This document shows, one piece after another, positions 1 through 12,265 of a stretch of 64,000 nucleotides of DNA. The first letter of the stretch is position 1. Every line of letters starts with the position of its first letter. The DNA lies in the NCBI GenBank assembly GCA_000708835.1, contig DF237465.1, positions 1 to 64,000 of the forward strand. The letters run 5' to 3'. Made by a program: the position numbers and the translations under genes. This DNA comes from Klebsormidium nitens. Taxonomy: Eukaryota > Plantae > Klebsormidiophyceae. Under the pieces are notes generated by a model. That model had not been told where the DNA came from. It worked only from the letters and a program-made list of their open reading frames with translations, and searched no databases.

Positions 1-860
1 AGTGCCAGATGGACTCTTTGCCTGAGGCGTCGACCGGTTGAAATAGTATTTGCTGATGGCTTTAAGAGCGGTCATCAATACACATGTGAGCTTCATCTGG
101 TTGCAAGCGCAGCGTCGATTTCCAAAACAGGAGCGGTTTCCCCTTCTTGGTAATGGATGATACGGCTTGCTAGTAATGCTGTGGTTATCTAGCTTGAAAT
201 TTGTGACTTTAGGGACTGAAGCAGGACTGAAGCTTACAATGCACAGGTAACTTTTCTGGCCGGGTGCTGTCCAGATGATCTTGTCTTTTGCTGGTGGGGC
301 TAGCTGCCTTTTGGTACTTATTTACCTCGGGACAGTCTATCAAATCCTGCCTGTTCGTTGATTCTACAGAAATATGAATTTTCGAAGATGTTCTTCTGCG
401 TGCACAATGTGTCAGCGTTGGAGCTATGGATGGTTGCTGGGGAGACCGTTGTGCGGCTCGACGGCAGTTTGTCATGTGCTTGTTGAGGGCGAGACAGTCA
501 ATAACAGCAACCATCAGTATTCAGCATGTGTACAACCTGCCTGTCAGATTTGATACTCATCTGAGGCACTCACAAGTGGGCTTTGAACACCCTTCAGCTC
601 CTCATATCTGCACCCAGTAACGAGTTCCGGTCGAGAAGGCAAAAAGTGATCTCCAAGCGTTTCGTGAAGATAGACCAAGACACTCTTGTCAAGGGCTCAA
701 GAGGTTTTCTCTTGGGCCTCCTTACGAATGAAGATTATGTACTCTCATGTACTTGCTGTGTTCCGGTCCAAAAGCGGAAGTTACTGTCCTCATTCACATA
801 CCATATCATGAACAGTAGGAAGTTGTCACACGAGCTGAGATGCTTCATTTCTTGCCACAG

Positions 861-3251
861 GTGAAGAAGAAGACCGCCCGACAGAAGGTGAAGACCAAGC
901 TCGGCAGTCAGAGCGCCGTTGATGATGGCGAGGCAGCAATCAATGGCGATGAAGAGGTTTCGCTGCCTGCGGGCAAGAGCGCACAGCGGCGGCTTGCAAA
1001 AAAGTTGAAATTCCACAAAAGTAAGTGCCGTTTTAGATTCCGGTGCAGACACCGAGGTGAACGTGCTGATGCATCTCCAATTCGAGATTTGCCTACTCAA
1101 GTTTCTGTTCTGTGAGAATGTAGAAACCCGGCAGGAGCTTCTGCCAGCAATGAGCTGGCGTTTGGTTCCTCAGAAAGTCGATGTGATTCGATAAGATAGC
1201 CAGTTTGCAAAAGGTTATGACCCTCATGGGCTGATTCCAGTTAAGCCACTATTGTAAGTTGTGCGGGTCATTTGGAAGACTGCCCTTCCATCTTTTGTTT
1301 TGCCGCTGTCCGCGCAATTTTAGAAGCCTTGCAAACATGATGTACTTCGGATGTTTCATAAGAGCAAGCATACTTGGTTATGAATGAAACCGAGCATCTT
1401 TCATACAGATTTAGTAAGTACAAAGAAGGCGCTATCAGCCACCCGCACCCTGCAAAAGCCGAAGGTAAGCCACTGGACCTTGTTCCCGTTTTTTGGAGCA
1501 CCTTTACAATCCTACCTTATCGCAAAAGTGATCAGGTGCTCAATAGGTGAAAGAGTCCTGGCCAATTGAATTAGGGGTTTGGTTGCGTTTTCCCCTGATC
1601 TCAGGGAGGAACGTTTAAGCTTGTACCGCATGCCAAGATTTCCGATTGTGGAGTTGGGTCACGGATTGCAATCATAAGATTAAAGTCCTAGACATCTATT
1701 CAGAACTTGTTCTGTGGTCTAAAGTGGACAGAGCTGGGGTTGACCGATATTCAATGAGTCTCTTGAACCTGACAGAAACGTCAGACTGGTCCACCCAATC
1801 TTAAGCGCCTTACGTTTTTGTGATCAACGTCGGATCTCCAAATTTCCGCTCCGCAGACAGGTGTTTGGAGACGAAGGGGACCCCTCTTCACGGGCTCGGG
1901 CGAACTCCAGTTTCTCTTGAGGATCACATGTTCCCTCTGGTCAATGTTTCGCCCCTGAAATGTGAAAAGACCTTTTGGCAGCCTTTCCGCTTTTGTCTTT
2001 GTCTTCAACCCAATCCGTTGTAAAGTTTTCAACGCCAAGACGTGTTTGGCGTTGCTCTGCAGAAACGGAAAGGCCGGAGCCTGGGCCTCGCCCTCGAAAA
2101 CCTCTCCACTCTAGTTAACGACCTCCCAGCGGGGCCCAGCAAGCAGCAGAGTCGGCAGCCGAAAATTCTCAGGAGCAAAGCGAGGCAGGACATAACGTGA
2201 GTGCAGAGGTGGCGTATATTGACGGCAAATGTTTTGGAAATATATCTGTGTTCCCTGTACTTTCAGAATGGACTGGCCTCCCGTCTTGTGAAGCATCGCG
2301 TCTCTGCCCTTCCGGTTCTGTTGAAATAGGCCTCATACTTGCCGTTTCAGATCGAATGAGTCTTCTGGGAGTCAAGCTTGTGGGCTAACAAGCTCGTAGT
2401 TGCACACGAGCCGAATCTGCACGTGGAGTGCGTCTCCTATCCTTCGGTCCCCTTCAAGGGCCGGATCATGCTCTTTATCTACTATATTGTTTTGTACACA
2501 GAAGCGCGACCGCACTAGAAGCAATCAGAAGCAGGAAAACCCTGCTCGTACTACCACATCAATCTATCGCTGGTGTTGTGCCGTGATGCTTGATTGGAAT
2601 CACGTTCGGGGAATGTTTCAGTGCTTGCCTATCTGGTGTTACGAAAAGGTCTACAGAGTCGGCCGGTGCATGTCTCAGAAGCGGTCAAGTCAAGAATAGC
2701 CGGGACGTGGGCAGGTGTACTGCACAGTGCTCCCGCTTGGCACGGACGCTGCGAGTCGTAACTCTTTCGCTTTCTTTGGGCTCTTCGTCCGGTCTTACTC
2801 AGCAAAACTAGAAGCGGGCAGACTAGTCCAGAATAGACAATCCTTGAGAGCTGCGAAGGGGCTGAACGCACGTTTGTGTTGCATCGTGCGATTTTCGAAG
2901 GAACCTCCCTAGAAGAAGCTGACACCTTTTTCATTGTGGTCTGCCCATTACGAAAGGGAGGTTTTAATCGAGCATGAGCAGACACGTACACACATTGAAT
3001 GAGCAGAGGGGCTCAATCCGTGCGGTCGACTGTGCAGGACCCAAGAATCGAAGCAACTCGCAGCTGTTCTAGATCACCCAACGTTTAAGGCGAACCCCTT
3101 CGAAGCCATCCGGCAACATCTAACCAACACGGTGCCGCCACCCCCTCCCGCCCCGAAACCGAAACGGCCGACGGGCGCGAAACGAAAAAGGGACAAGAAA
3201 AAGAAGGCGAGAGCGGAAGACGGGATGGACGAGGAGATGGATATGCTATAG
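861..3251 (+). CDS. SLX9: Ribosome biogenesis protein SLX9-like (FAM207A family), 5' partial; exons 861-1020, 1409-1464, 2063-2196, 3038-3251
   Basis: Four GT-AG exons join in phase (1,0,2) to give VKKKTARQK...SAQRRLAKKLKFHKNLVSTKKALSATRTLQKPKKRKGRSLGLALENLSTLVNDLP...KARQDITTQESKQLAAVLDHPTFKANPFEAIRQHLTNT...DML*. The VLxHPxFxxxPxxAIxQHL C-terminal motif matches plant SLX9 as I recall it. No start-codon exon was identified. Confidence 0.75.
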
Positions 3252-4721
3252 GAGTCCTTCTGCCACGCCATGTCTCGCTTGTTCAGGAATTGAGAATGTG
3301 TGCTGATTTGACCTAATGGAATCTGAATCTGCACTACGATTGGTTTAAGCTCGTTAGTAAACACGGCCAGTGCGTGTGCGCCCTGCTAGGTTGCATACCA
3401 ACTCTTGGGCCACCAGCCTCCTATGACGCGAAGTCGACCTGACTAACCAAGACAGTCGAATTAAGCGCAAGTCCGAATGAACGGGCTGCTTTGGTGATTG
3501 GTGACAGCAGCATAGCCCCGGCGGGCGCGGGCTGCGTGTTTGCGCTCGCTCATGTTGAGGATATATTGATTGTGGTTGTGGATCCTGTCAGACCGCCGCA
3601 GCATCATCTGGCCGCGCACGCCTTCTAATCAGCCAAAGTCCTCTGAAGTTACAATCATCATACCGTCATGCTGATTAAAATTAATTAAATGCTGAGTACA
3701 TACGATCATCGTCGATACATATATCTCTCGGATACAATGCAAAAAATAGAGCTGGCCGCACGGTCGACTGGAATTCTAGACGATTGCACGTACGCACGAC
3801 GGTCGCATGCACTCTAGCCTGGTTATGCATACGTACTGCAGCCGGGATTTATAGTAGACATCTTAGTATGTAATCATTCATGCATTGGATGTAGTGTCGG
3901 ACGTGTACGCCGGCACCGTCGTGATCTAGGTCTGTGTGACAGAGACATTAATTGAGTCATGGTACCTCTAAATGCCTTTAATAATGAAAGCTTGTGTGAG
4001 TCCTGGCACGATGCTACATACCGCACTAGCTCCTGTGCATTTCCGGAGACCATAATTTTAAATAGCACATCTAATCCTAGTTAGTAAGTGATTTTAAGTC
4101 GCTAAAAACTCAGTTTTACAATTTCTTTTAAAACGCTGAAGATGCTCACGCCCGATCGAGCGTGGCAGATCCGAATCATAATTTTTATCCTGAACAGATC
4201 TGCAATTATATCGGCTAAGAATGCACGGTTCATAGGACATTCTCGGCCCTATTACTTCTGGATTCGTTCAACGAAACAAATCAGGCCGCCGAAAAGTTGC
4301 AAGAATAAGCGACACAATATATGCACGCATGCGCCAAGGTTGCAGATTATTGCCTTGGACCTCTAAGGAGCAGATGATGCTTCGATTGAAATCTGGAGGA
4401 ATCGCACAAAAGGTTCGAATTCGAGAGAATCTGCGAAATGTCTTGTTCTTTCCAAACCAACTCTGCGAGCTGGCAAGTCAACTGCATGAAGTTCAGTTCC
4501 ACCCAAAGCGAGGGAGAGCGCAGCGGTCGTTGACACGACGCAAAGGCGACACGCTTAACCTTATGCGGGTGACCGTACGAGACTCAGAAGTCATGAGGAC
4601 CCAATCTCGGAACCATAGCTCTGTCATTCGACCACATGAATCTGCCAGCTTATTTTTCACCGCCGCTTCTATTCTTCTCGAAGTCACACAACCAGGCGCC
4701 GTCACGGTTCCCCTGCCAGGC

Positions 4722-7427
4722 TTACGGGAAGAAACCGGAAGGTCCGCAGCCCGTCTTCTCGGTACCGACCGCGTTACCGGAAGGCGGGAAGTTTTGCTTG
4801 ATGGCTTCAATCGTAGACGCCTTCGCATTGAAGGCGACCTGCTCGATGCTGGTGGGGATGCCGGTGGGCAGAAAGAGCGCGCTGCCGATCCTCTGCAAGA
4901 CAGGGAAAGAAAGTGAGCGCCGCGAAGAGTAAGAGTTCTCGATCGGAGAAAATCTGCAAATGGAAGATGGCGAAATGCTGGGGGCGATCACCGGTGGGCA
5001 AAAAGAGGTTGAAGCGTTGGGACGTTAGCCAATGTGCGAAGTCCGAAGAACAGGGGGCTTGCGTAGGCTATCAATGAAGGACGTGAACTAAAGCGGCCGC
5101 TTGGAGACTGTATTGATCACAAGAGCGGACGCTTTTGTCTGGAGCCACCCTTCGTCCCTTGGAAGTCGGATTCCACCCGGAGGTTCATCGAGTCTGCCAG
5201 ATTTACAGTGCAGGCCCGTCCATCAAACATATATTCTTCGACACAAGTGAAAGTTCTATTTCGTCGCAGAGGAAAGGAGAATGTTCTCCGTTCACCCCTC
5301 TCTAGGTTTTCATTCTCCACAGTCTTCGGAGATAACTTTGGAATCAATGATTCTCAAGCAATCACTGTCCCAAACTTCTACGCCTCATGTTCTTTGACAA
5401 GACTGCGGTTGCAAGCATACTCTGACCTGGGTTCCCGGGTTCTGGCTGTTGAAAGCCGCGAGCGCCTTCGCGGGCTTGCGGGGGCTGGTGTTCTGCTGGA
5501 AGTGGATCAGACCGCGGGGGAAGACGAACACGTCACCCGCGTTCAGCGTCGTCGCATACAGTGTGTCTGTTGGCCGCGCAAAGTTTACGTCAGCGGATGT
5601 CTCGTAACATGCGCCACAGAGTCGAGTTGACTAAGGAAGGTGCCAATATTTTGCGAGCGCGGTCCGCTTTCAGGTCAAATGAGGAGAGAAAAGTTCGTTC
5701 GGCGATCGGAGGAGATTCAGCAGAAGAGGTTGAAGGCACAGACCGGTGAAAGATGAGGGTTATATTCGAGAATGAATGAGGAATTAGATAAACCTTAGTT
5801 GTGAATTTGGAGACCCCTTCCATTCTTCAGGTCTTCAATGCATGCTTCTGAAATTTGAAAAGCCCTCACCAGGTCAAATTTTATTAAGAAATAAAGGGTC
5901 CATCCGTTATCGGGTCAAGCAATCTGAGCCGGACGCCTAGAGCCGTCAACGCTCAAAACCTTGCCATTGACACGCAAAGCGTATTAAGCTGGGAGCTTTT
6001 GCCGCCACTCACTGTTTGTGTCAACGAAGCCGACGTACAGCTGGCCTACGACGACGAAGAGCAGCTCCGTTCCGCGGGGGTGGGTGTGAATGGGGCTGGA
6101 CACAGAAGCGGAGCGACCATTAGATACAATACTGAAAACGAATCCTGCTGGATTTCAGGCAGGAACTAGGACTTCCCCTTCTCAACAGGTCAGACGCGAT
6201 GTGATTGGAACGTCTGCGATCCGGTTCCGAGTGACTCGATGACGCGCCCTTAAGAAAGATGTTTGTCCCCTTCAGAGGTTGGCGAATCGCTCCTCAGCTC
6301 TTTGGTTCGCACGAGACGTCGACGAGAATTCAAGATATGCACTTTCATTTCGGTTTCGTCCAAGCGTCGAACAGCGCTTGAGGAACTGGAAATGGGCTAT
6401 AGCATTCCGTACTTACTTCTGGCCGCACGGCGCATAGTCGATGAACGTATACGAGACGCCCTGGGATCTGCAGAAGGCAATCCATGCCGTCAGTCTGTCG
6501 GACTGCAACGAATTTTATCCTTTAGAAGCATGCCCTCTCTGATTTGAATGGGTGAGGTGGACCTGGTTGAAGTAGGTAGGAAGTGGGGCCGAGTGCTCTT
6601 AGGTTTAAGTCGGTCAATCTTTTTGTCTAGTCACGTTGCTGTCGCTCTTATGGCAATCCCACGCACTCGGGACACTGTTCTGAAAAATAAACGCATTTCG
6701 CAGTAACCACAATGGTTACAGTCGTTAGCAAGGGCTCACGTCACAGCGGGGAAGGTTGCGGCGTTGGCGGACTTGGTCGCGCTGCCCTGGCCGGGCGGCA
6801 CGGTGACGTTATCCAGACGGCGAAAGGCGAAATTGGCGCCAGTCACTGCACGGCAAGGACTGGCGCCGCTTACGCGACGATAGCTTTGATGGTTAAGCTC
6901 ATTGATTTTGGATCGAATATGCAACACAACTTTTCGCTGGAAAGTGAGTTGGAAAGGAAACTGCGGAGCCAATGGATTAACCGGGCTGCTTCCGACCGTG
7001 CTCTGGAGCCAATCACTAGGAAAGTTCGCCACAGTAGCTGGTCCACGCCTGATCAGGAACCCTTTCATGTAGCAAACATACATGACTTCTTTTCAATTTA
7101 AGTGCCCGCTAACAAGGCTTGGACACAAAAATGAACTTCCTTAGCAGTACGGCTTATGAGGGCTTCAATAAAAAATCAACACCTCTTTGACAGAGCATTC
7201 ATAGAGTGCTCTTTTGTGGCTCTCATGAGGCGCTCCAAACCCTCTACATTCGACTTTCCACAGGCTCACCTCTGTGACCCCTCAAAAGAGTCAGCCTCCT
7301 CACCTTCGGCGCCAGTCAGTCCCGGCAGCAAAAAGTCCGCAAGGGGATCCGGGTCCGCTGCGGACGCCATCAGAACAGCCGCCGCCAGAACGAGCAGCGC
7401 CAAGCCGGCGCGATAGCTTATGGCCAT
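4722..7427 (-). CDS. Germin-like protein A (secreted cupin), 224 aa; exons 7427-7304, 6845-6740, 6467-6417, 6095-6013, 5566-5427, 4892-4722
   Basis: Signal-peptide-like [23 protein letters not shown], then DPDPLADF, germin box [10 protein letters not shown] and [16 protein letters not shown]. All splice sites are GT-AG and phases are consistent. Confidence 0.93.
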
Positions 7428-9298
7428 CCTGCCAAGGGGGATGAGGTCCCGAGTCCCGAGTGTGTGTGAGACGGTTCAGAAGAAAGAATTTTAGCTTTAT
7501 TTTTGGCGGTCTCAAGAGAGGGGAGGGTTGATCTTGCTGCGGCTTGCTGCGAATGTGTTAATCGAGATTTTGCAAAATGAAGATGCTCGAAGAGTTTGGT
7601 TTCGTAGCAGTCTTTTCAAACTGATCCCAGCTAGACATATGCAGGGCGGGGCCAGAAAATTTTGCAGGGCGCTCTTACTTTGCCGAGTCGGGCGCAGTAT
7701 TGATTGCGATCTTTGCACATGCAGGAACTTGAAGCAGGCTGCCGACGAGATGTGCCTTGAGTAGATTTAATGTTGCTCGGATCCTGCTTGCTTCTCGACT
7801 TCGGCTGCAAATGAAAACTCTCGTAGATATTCTCTCGTATCACACAGAATGACGTGGCAGGCGGGTGGTCACTGATTGCGAATCGCAACCTACTCTATGA
7901 ACACTGTCAATTCTTCAATCGATGGTGTTTCTCCGCATGCAGCCCAGTATTGTCTATGGTCGTTCACAAATTCCTCGGAAAAGTCATCTATGTTTTCGGA
8001 ACCACAGGTTTAGTAATCGTATAAGGTCAAACATGTGCGGCCTCATAAGATGACAAAGTTCAAGGATTAGTCGACTGAGAGAGCGGTATTATAAGACGCC
8101 AATCGCTTCAGCCTTGTGAGGGAAGAGAACAGTAGTAGAAGAGGGGATGGTTGAGCAATAACATTGCTGCCATCATCCGGAGAAGTCGAATAGGGCACCT
8201 TTTCGGTGTAGATGTCAAGGAACTCGGCGTTGTATCGAGTTCACAGCTGCTCATGAAGAATTGTGCGGTCGAGCATTGACTGCTCCGAGTCACCGTCACC
8301 CATTAAGCCAAGGTATCGCCTTTTTCTTGTTTGCGTCGAATAGGCAGAACCCGTTCAATTATACCTTACCCCACTTTTCAATTAGTACTTCTTTTCAGTA
8401 GAGAGTTCTTTGAGCGCTCGAGGAGTCCCAGACTAATAGCACTTGTCTCTTCCAAGCTTCTGCCGAAACGCTTCGCTGACATGGATCTTTCCTACAGGAA
8501 GCAAAAGCAATCTTTGTCTTTCGCTTACCCACGCACTGTAGTATAATGCTGGAGCGTACCAACGCTTAGTGAGCGCCAACCCGTAGGAGGTGTCGTTTCA
8601 GCAGCTCAGAAACTCCAGCCTTTGAACCGATTGCGTCGTGAGGTCTTTCAATCGACTCTCAGGCGTAACTTGCTTCAGATATGTGGGCGCACAGAGTCGC
8701 GCTCCAACCTCTTCATAATGGGCGCGCGCAGCGGCTGTCGTAAGCATGTAAGCATCCCATGCGACGGCGCACTCTCGAAACGCAGAGCTGAGTCTGCTGC
8801 TCGTTCACACGCCTTTCAGATGAATATCGCGCGGGTAAAAGTTGGATGACAGCGAGATGAAGCTTGCGAGACATCTTGAAAGTTGAAATATGTTTCAATG
8901 GTGTCGAATCTTGTTGCAGCAACTCGTTTCATCATGTCACTATCATGTCGCGTCACGTCGCAATGAGCTGCCTGCCCATCAGTGCTAAATAGAAGACCGT
9001 TTAATTGGGCAGTATGCGAGATGACGTAGTCGAATCAGATGCGAAGGAACGCGAAGCGTGTCCGGTGCATGAATGAAATTTTTGAAAGATCATAGGAGAA
9101 CAGAGCTGCTATGTGGAAGTGGCTACGGATTCCAGAGATAGCATCAAAATGTCTTCTTAGGTTTTACTGACGTCGGCCTCCAGATGCTAGCTTACATGGG
9201 GCGCGAGCGAACGGGAATATCTTCGAACTCAGAACGCTGGTTAATTAAATACAAGCAAGCAGCGTTCGTTCTCCAAATATCTGCTTCCGCCCAGCTGA

Positions 9299-12265
9299 CT
9301 ACATCATCTTCCTGCCTGACGGGAAAGTGGCGGACGGTCCGCACCCCGTGTTGGCGGTACCGACCGGGTTTCCGGACGCCGGGAAGTTCTGCTTGATGGC
9401 TTCGATGGCGGACGCCTGCGCATTGAATGCGACCTGGGAGATGCTGGTGGGGATGCCGGTGGGCAGGAAGAGCGCGCTGCCGATCCTCTGCAAAGAAACA
9501 AAGGTTTGTGAGCGGCACGATTGACGGAGCATTTGATCGGACGGCTGCGAGTGAGATGTGGGGAAATGCTCGTGAGAGTGCGGGTTGCGCAGGAAAGCGC
9601 GCAAGCCGACTCTTTGATTTTCAAAGGGAAAAGGCACGAGTTCGGGGTCTTGTTTGATGGTACGGTTGGTGGGATTTGATAGGACAGATCAAGCGAAAGC
9701 ATGCTAAGGTTTGATGCGGAAGTTTGCCTGGGGTTTAGGTGGGTCAAGGGTTCCAGCTTGTCCGTAGGCTGAAGTGGCCGCGACCACCCACCATCGGGAA
9801 GTGGCTGTTTTTACTTCCAAAACGTATCCTTTACCAATTGACGCCCAGGCAATCGCTCCCTGAAAGTTGGCGGCTTCAACAGAGCACAAGTGCAACTAAT
9901 ATTATGGTTCCCGACCATTCCGCCCTAAGACACCGTTTCTTCCGAGCCGTTTCGAATGAAGCTTCCTCCAAGAGGGATCCCTCGAGATTTGCCCACATCT
10001 TTCGTTCAGCCCGCTTTCAAGAAGAAGCTCATCAGTCTCGATATGTGGAGGTGTGCTAACCTGGGTCCCCGGGTTCTGGCTGTTGAGCGCCGCGAGCGCC
10101 TTGGCCGGGTTGTTGGGGCTGGTGTTCTGCTGGAAGTGGATCAGACCGCGGGGGAAGACGAACACGTCGCCCGCGTTCAGGGTCGTCGAGAACAGAGTGT
10201 CTGCGGCAAAGGCAAAGGTGACGTCAGCAAATACATACGGAAGGATGGGGGAATGCTAACGGATCAGCCCGCGAAGGAAGACAAAGACATTTCTCACGTT
10301 CAGGGTCGTCGAGAACAGAGTGTCTGCGGCAAAAGAAAGGTGACGTCAGCAGGTTAAGTACGGAAGGATGGGAGAATGGTGACTTCCAGCCTGCGGGAGA
10401 AGTTCAGATTCGGCCTACATTCAGAATTGTCGGGAACAGCGTGTCTGCGGCAAAAGGGAAGGTGACGTCAGCAGACTGAGTGCGGAAGGACGAGAGAACT
10501 GGTAGTAGTTTGAACCGTGGGGGAGACGAGTACGTCACCCCAGCTGATCAGCGTGCATATACGTGTTTCGGACAAGATGAGACGACGCCAGCAGCTTAGG
10601 TGCGGGAGTGTGGCGGCCCAGAGTCAATCGCTCTGACAGGGCGTCAAAGGTACAAGGAGCGTCTTTTGAGACGACTAAGAGTCCCTCTCTGACGCTGTCA
10701 TTGACAGTCCTACTAAGCAGCGCAATATTAACACTCCGTCGACGGCACTGCCAAGTCGCTCGACCCCTCTGCCACCAGAACGTTGACATGAGAAGGTAAA
10801 CTGAAGACCACGGCTGAGACCGCGTGCGAAGTCTCACTGTTGGTGTCAACGAAGCCGACAAACAGCTGGCCCTCGATGACGTACAGGATCTCTGTCGCGC
10901 GGGGGTGGGTGTGGATGGGGCTGGACACATAGCCGATCAGGGAAATGTCAGATACGTGTGCAGTTCCTCGGCTTCAAAACTGCCTTCAAATCTACCTTAC
11001 ATTATGAGGTCAGTAGTTCTCATTGTTTGCCCGTTCCGAGGAGCAAGAAATGAATGAAAGATGCCCCCAGGCCCTCTATAAACAAAAGGATATCGTGATC
11101 CAGGGTGACTGAACTCCTTTGCGAGATGAGCTTTCAACCTTTGAGGCTTAGCAAAGACCATAGTTGCAGGCTGGCAAGAGGCAGAGACGCACCAAACCTT
11201 CCATTGTTAGCACCCATGTGAAGGAAGTAGAAACTGGAGAACTGAAGATCCAGTGATTGATAGATAACGAAGCTCAAAGAGAAGTCTGAGAGGTTCTAAG
11301 GGTTGAACGTGTTAAGAAGGGCCCGGAGCCTCACTTCTGGCCGCACGGCGCGTAGTTGACGAAAGTGTACGAGATGCCCTGCGACCTGCACAGGACATAT
11401 GTTGCACTCAATACTCAAGCGAATCCAATGATGATTCGGAATCCGGAATCAATTTCAATCAAGGTTCGAGCTCAACTAGTTCAGCATCAGATCCACCAGA
11501 TAATCTAGCAAGAGAGTTTAGAGAAGCCTTCTTTTGGCAGAAAGTCAACAACAACGATCTGAATAATTGTGACTACTGTAGGGGGAGGACTTTCATCTAG
11601 ACAGGCAGGACCTGATGAACAGATCTACATGCGCATGTCGATTTGCCAAGAAACTTTCTGATGCTGAGGGATTTGCTCAAGGGACTGGAGCCTTACGTGA
11701 GAGCGGGGAAGGTTGCAGCATTGGCAGCCTTGGCGGCGCTGCCCTGGCCTGACGTCACGTTGACGTTGTTGAGCCCACGGAAGGCGAAGTTGGCACCAGT
11801 CACTGCAGCCCACCAAGAGCTATCAGAGCTTCAGGACAACCAGAAAAGATTTCACACTCCCTTAAAAAAATGTTTTTGCATTATATCTGCAACTGGTGAA
11901 CCTGCTTTGTAGAGACTGCCTTTTAGCAACTGGGGTCTTGTTTGAGACCCAGGCGACTACAGTAGCACCTTAGTTGAGACCCAAGGCTTAAAAATCTGTC
12001 GCTAGCTACAGACTTGAGGAGCCTGCATCCGTGACTCCTGAATATATCATATCATTCTACCTTATGAGCATCACTTCTGTAAACTCCCGGACTTTGAGCT
12101 CCTTCAAATCTTGGAGGATGTTTTGGAGATACCAGACTTACCTGGTGCACCATTCACTCCGGACAGTACGAAATCCGCAAGGGGGTCCGCGTCCGATGCG
12201 GACGCCACAGCTGCGACCGCTGCCAGGACGAGCAGCGCCAAGCCGGTGCGATAGCTTATGGCCAT
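9299..12265 (-). CDS. Germin-like protein B, 230 aa; exons 12265-12142, 11802-11697, 11385-11335, 10920-10838, 10200-10061, 9487-9299
   Basis: Same exon lengths as copy A for exons 1-5 (124/106/51/83/140). Carries [10 protein letters not shown] and [16 protein letters not shown], with an intact frame. Confidence 0.93.
10201..10590 (-). repeat. Tandem ~122-bp copies of the intron4/exon5 junction of germin-like B
   Basis: Minus-strand CAG acceptors at 10203-10201 (real), 10326-10324 and 10447-10445. A fourth decayed unit lies near 10566. Units 1-3 have GCTGACGTCACC upstream. Confidence 0.9.

Noticed and set aside
1-860. Possible upstream SLX9 exon or separate gene; ORFs 209-514 and 583-864
   Set aside because: No recognisable motif and no convincing ATG-plus-donor was found. 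A faint resemblance of 625-700 to the exon start at 861 is too weak to call an echo.
10140-10590. Regularly spaced repeats read as a CRISPR-like array
   Set aside because: The repeats are copies of a spliceosomal intron-exon junction, the spacers are homologous to each other, and the context is eukaryotic with no cas genes.
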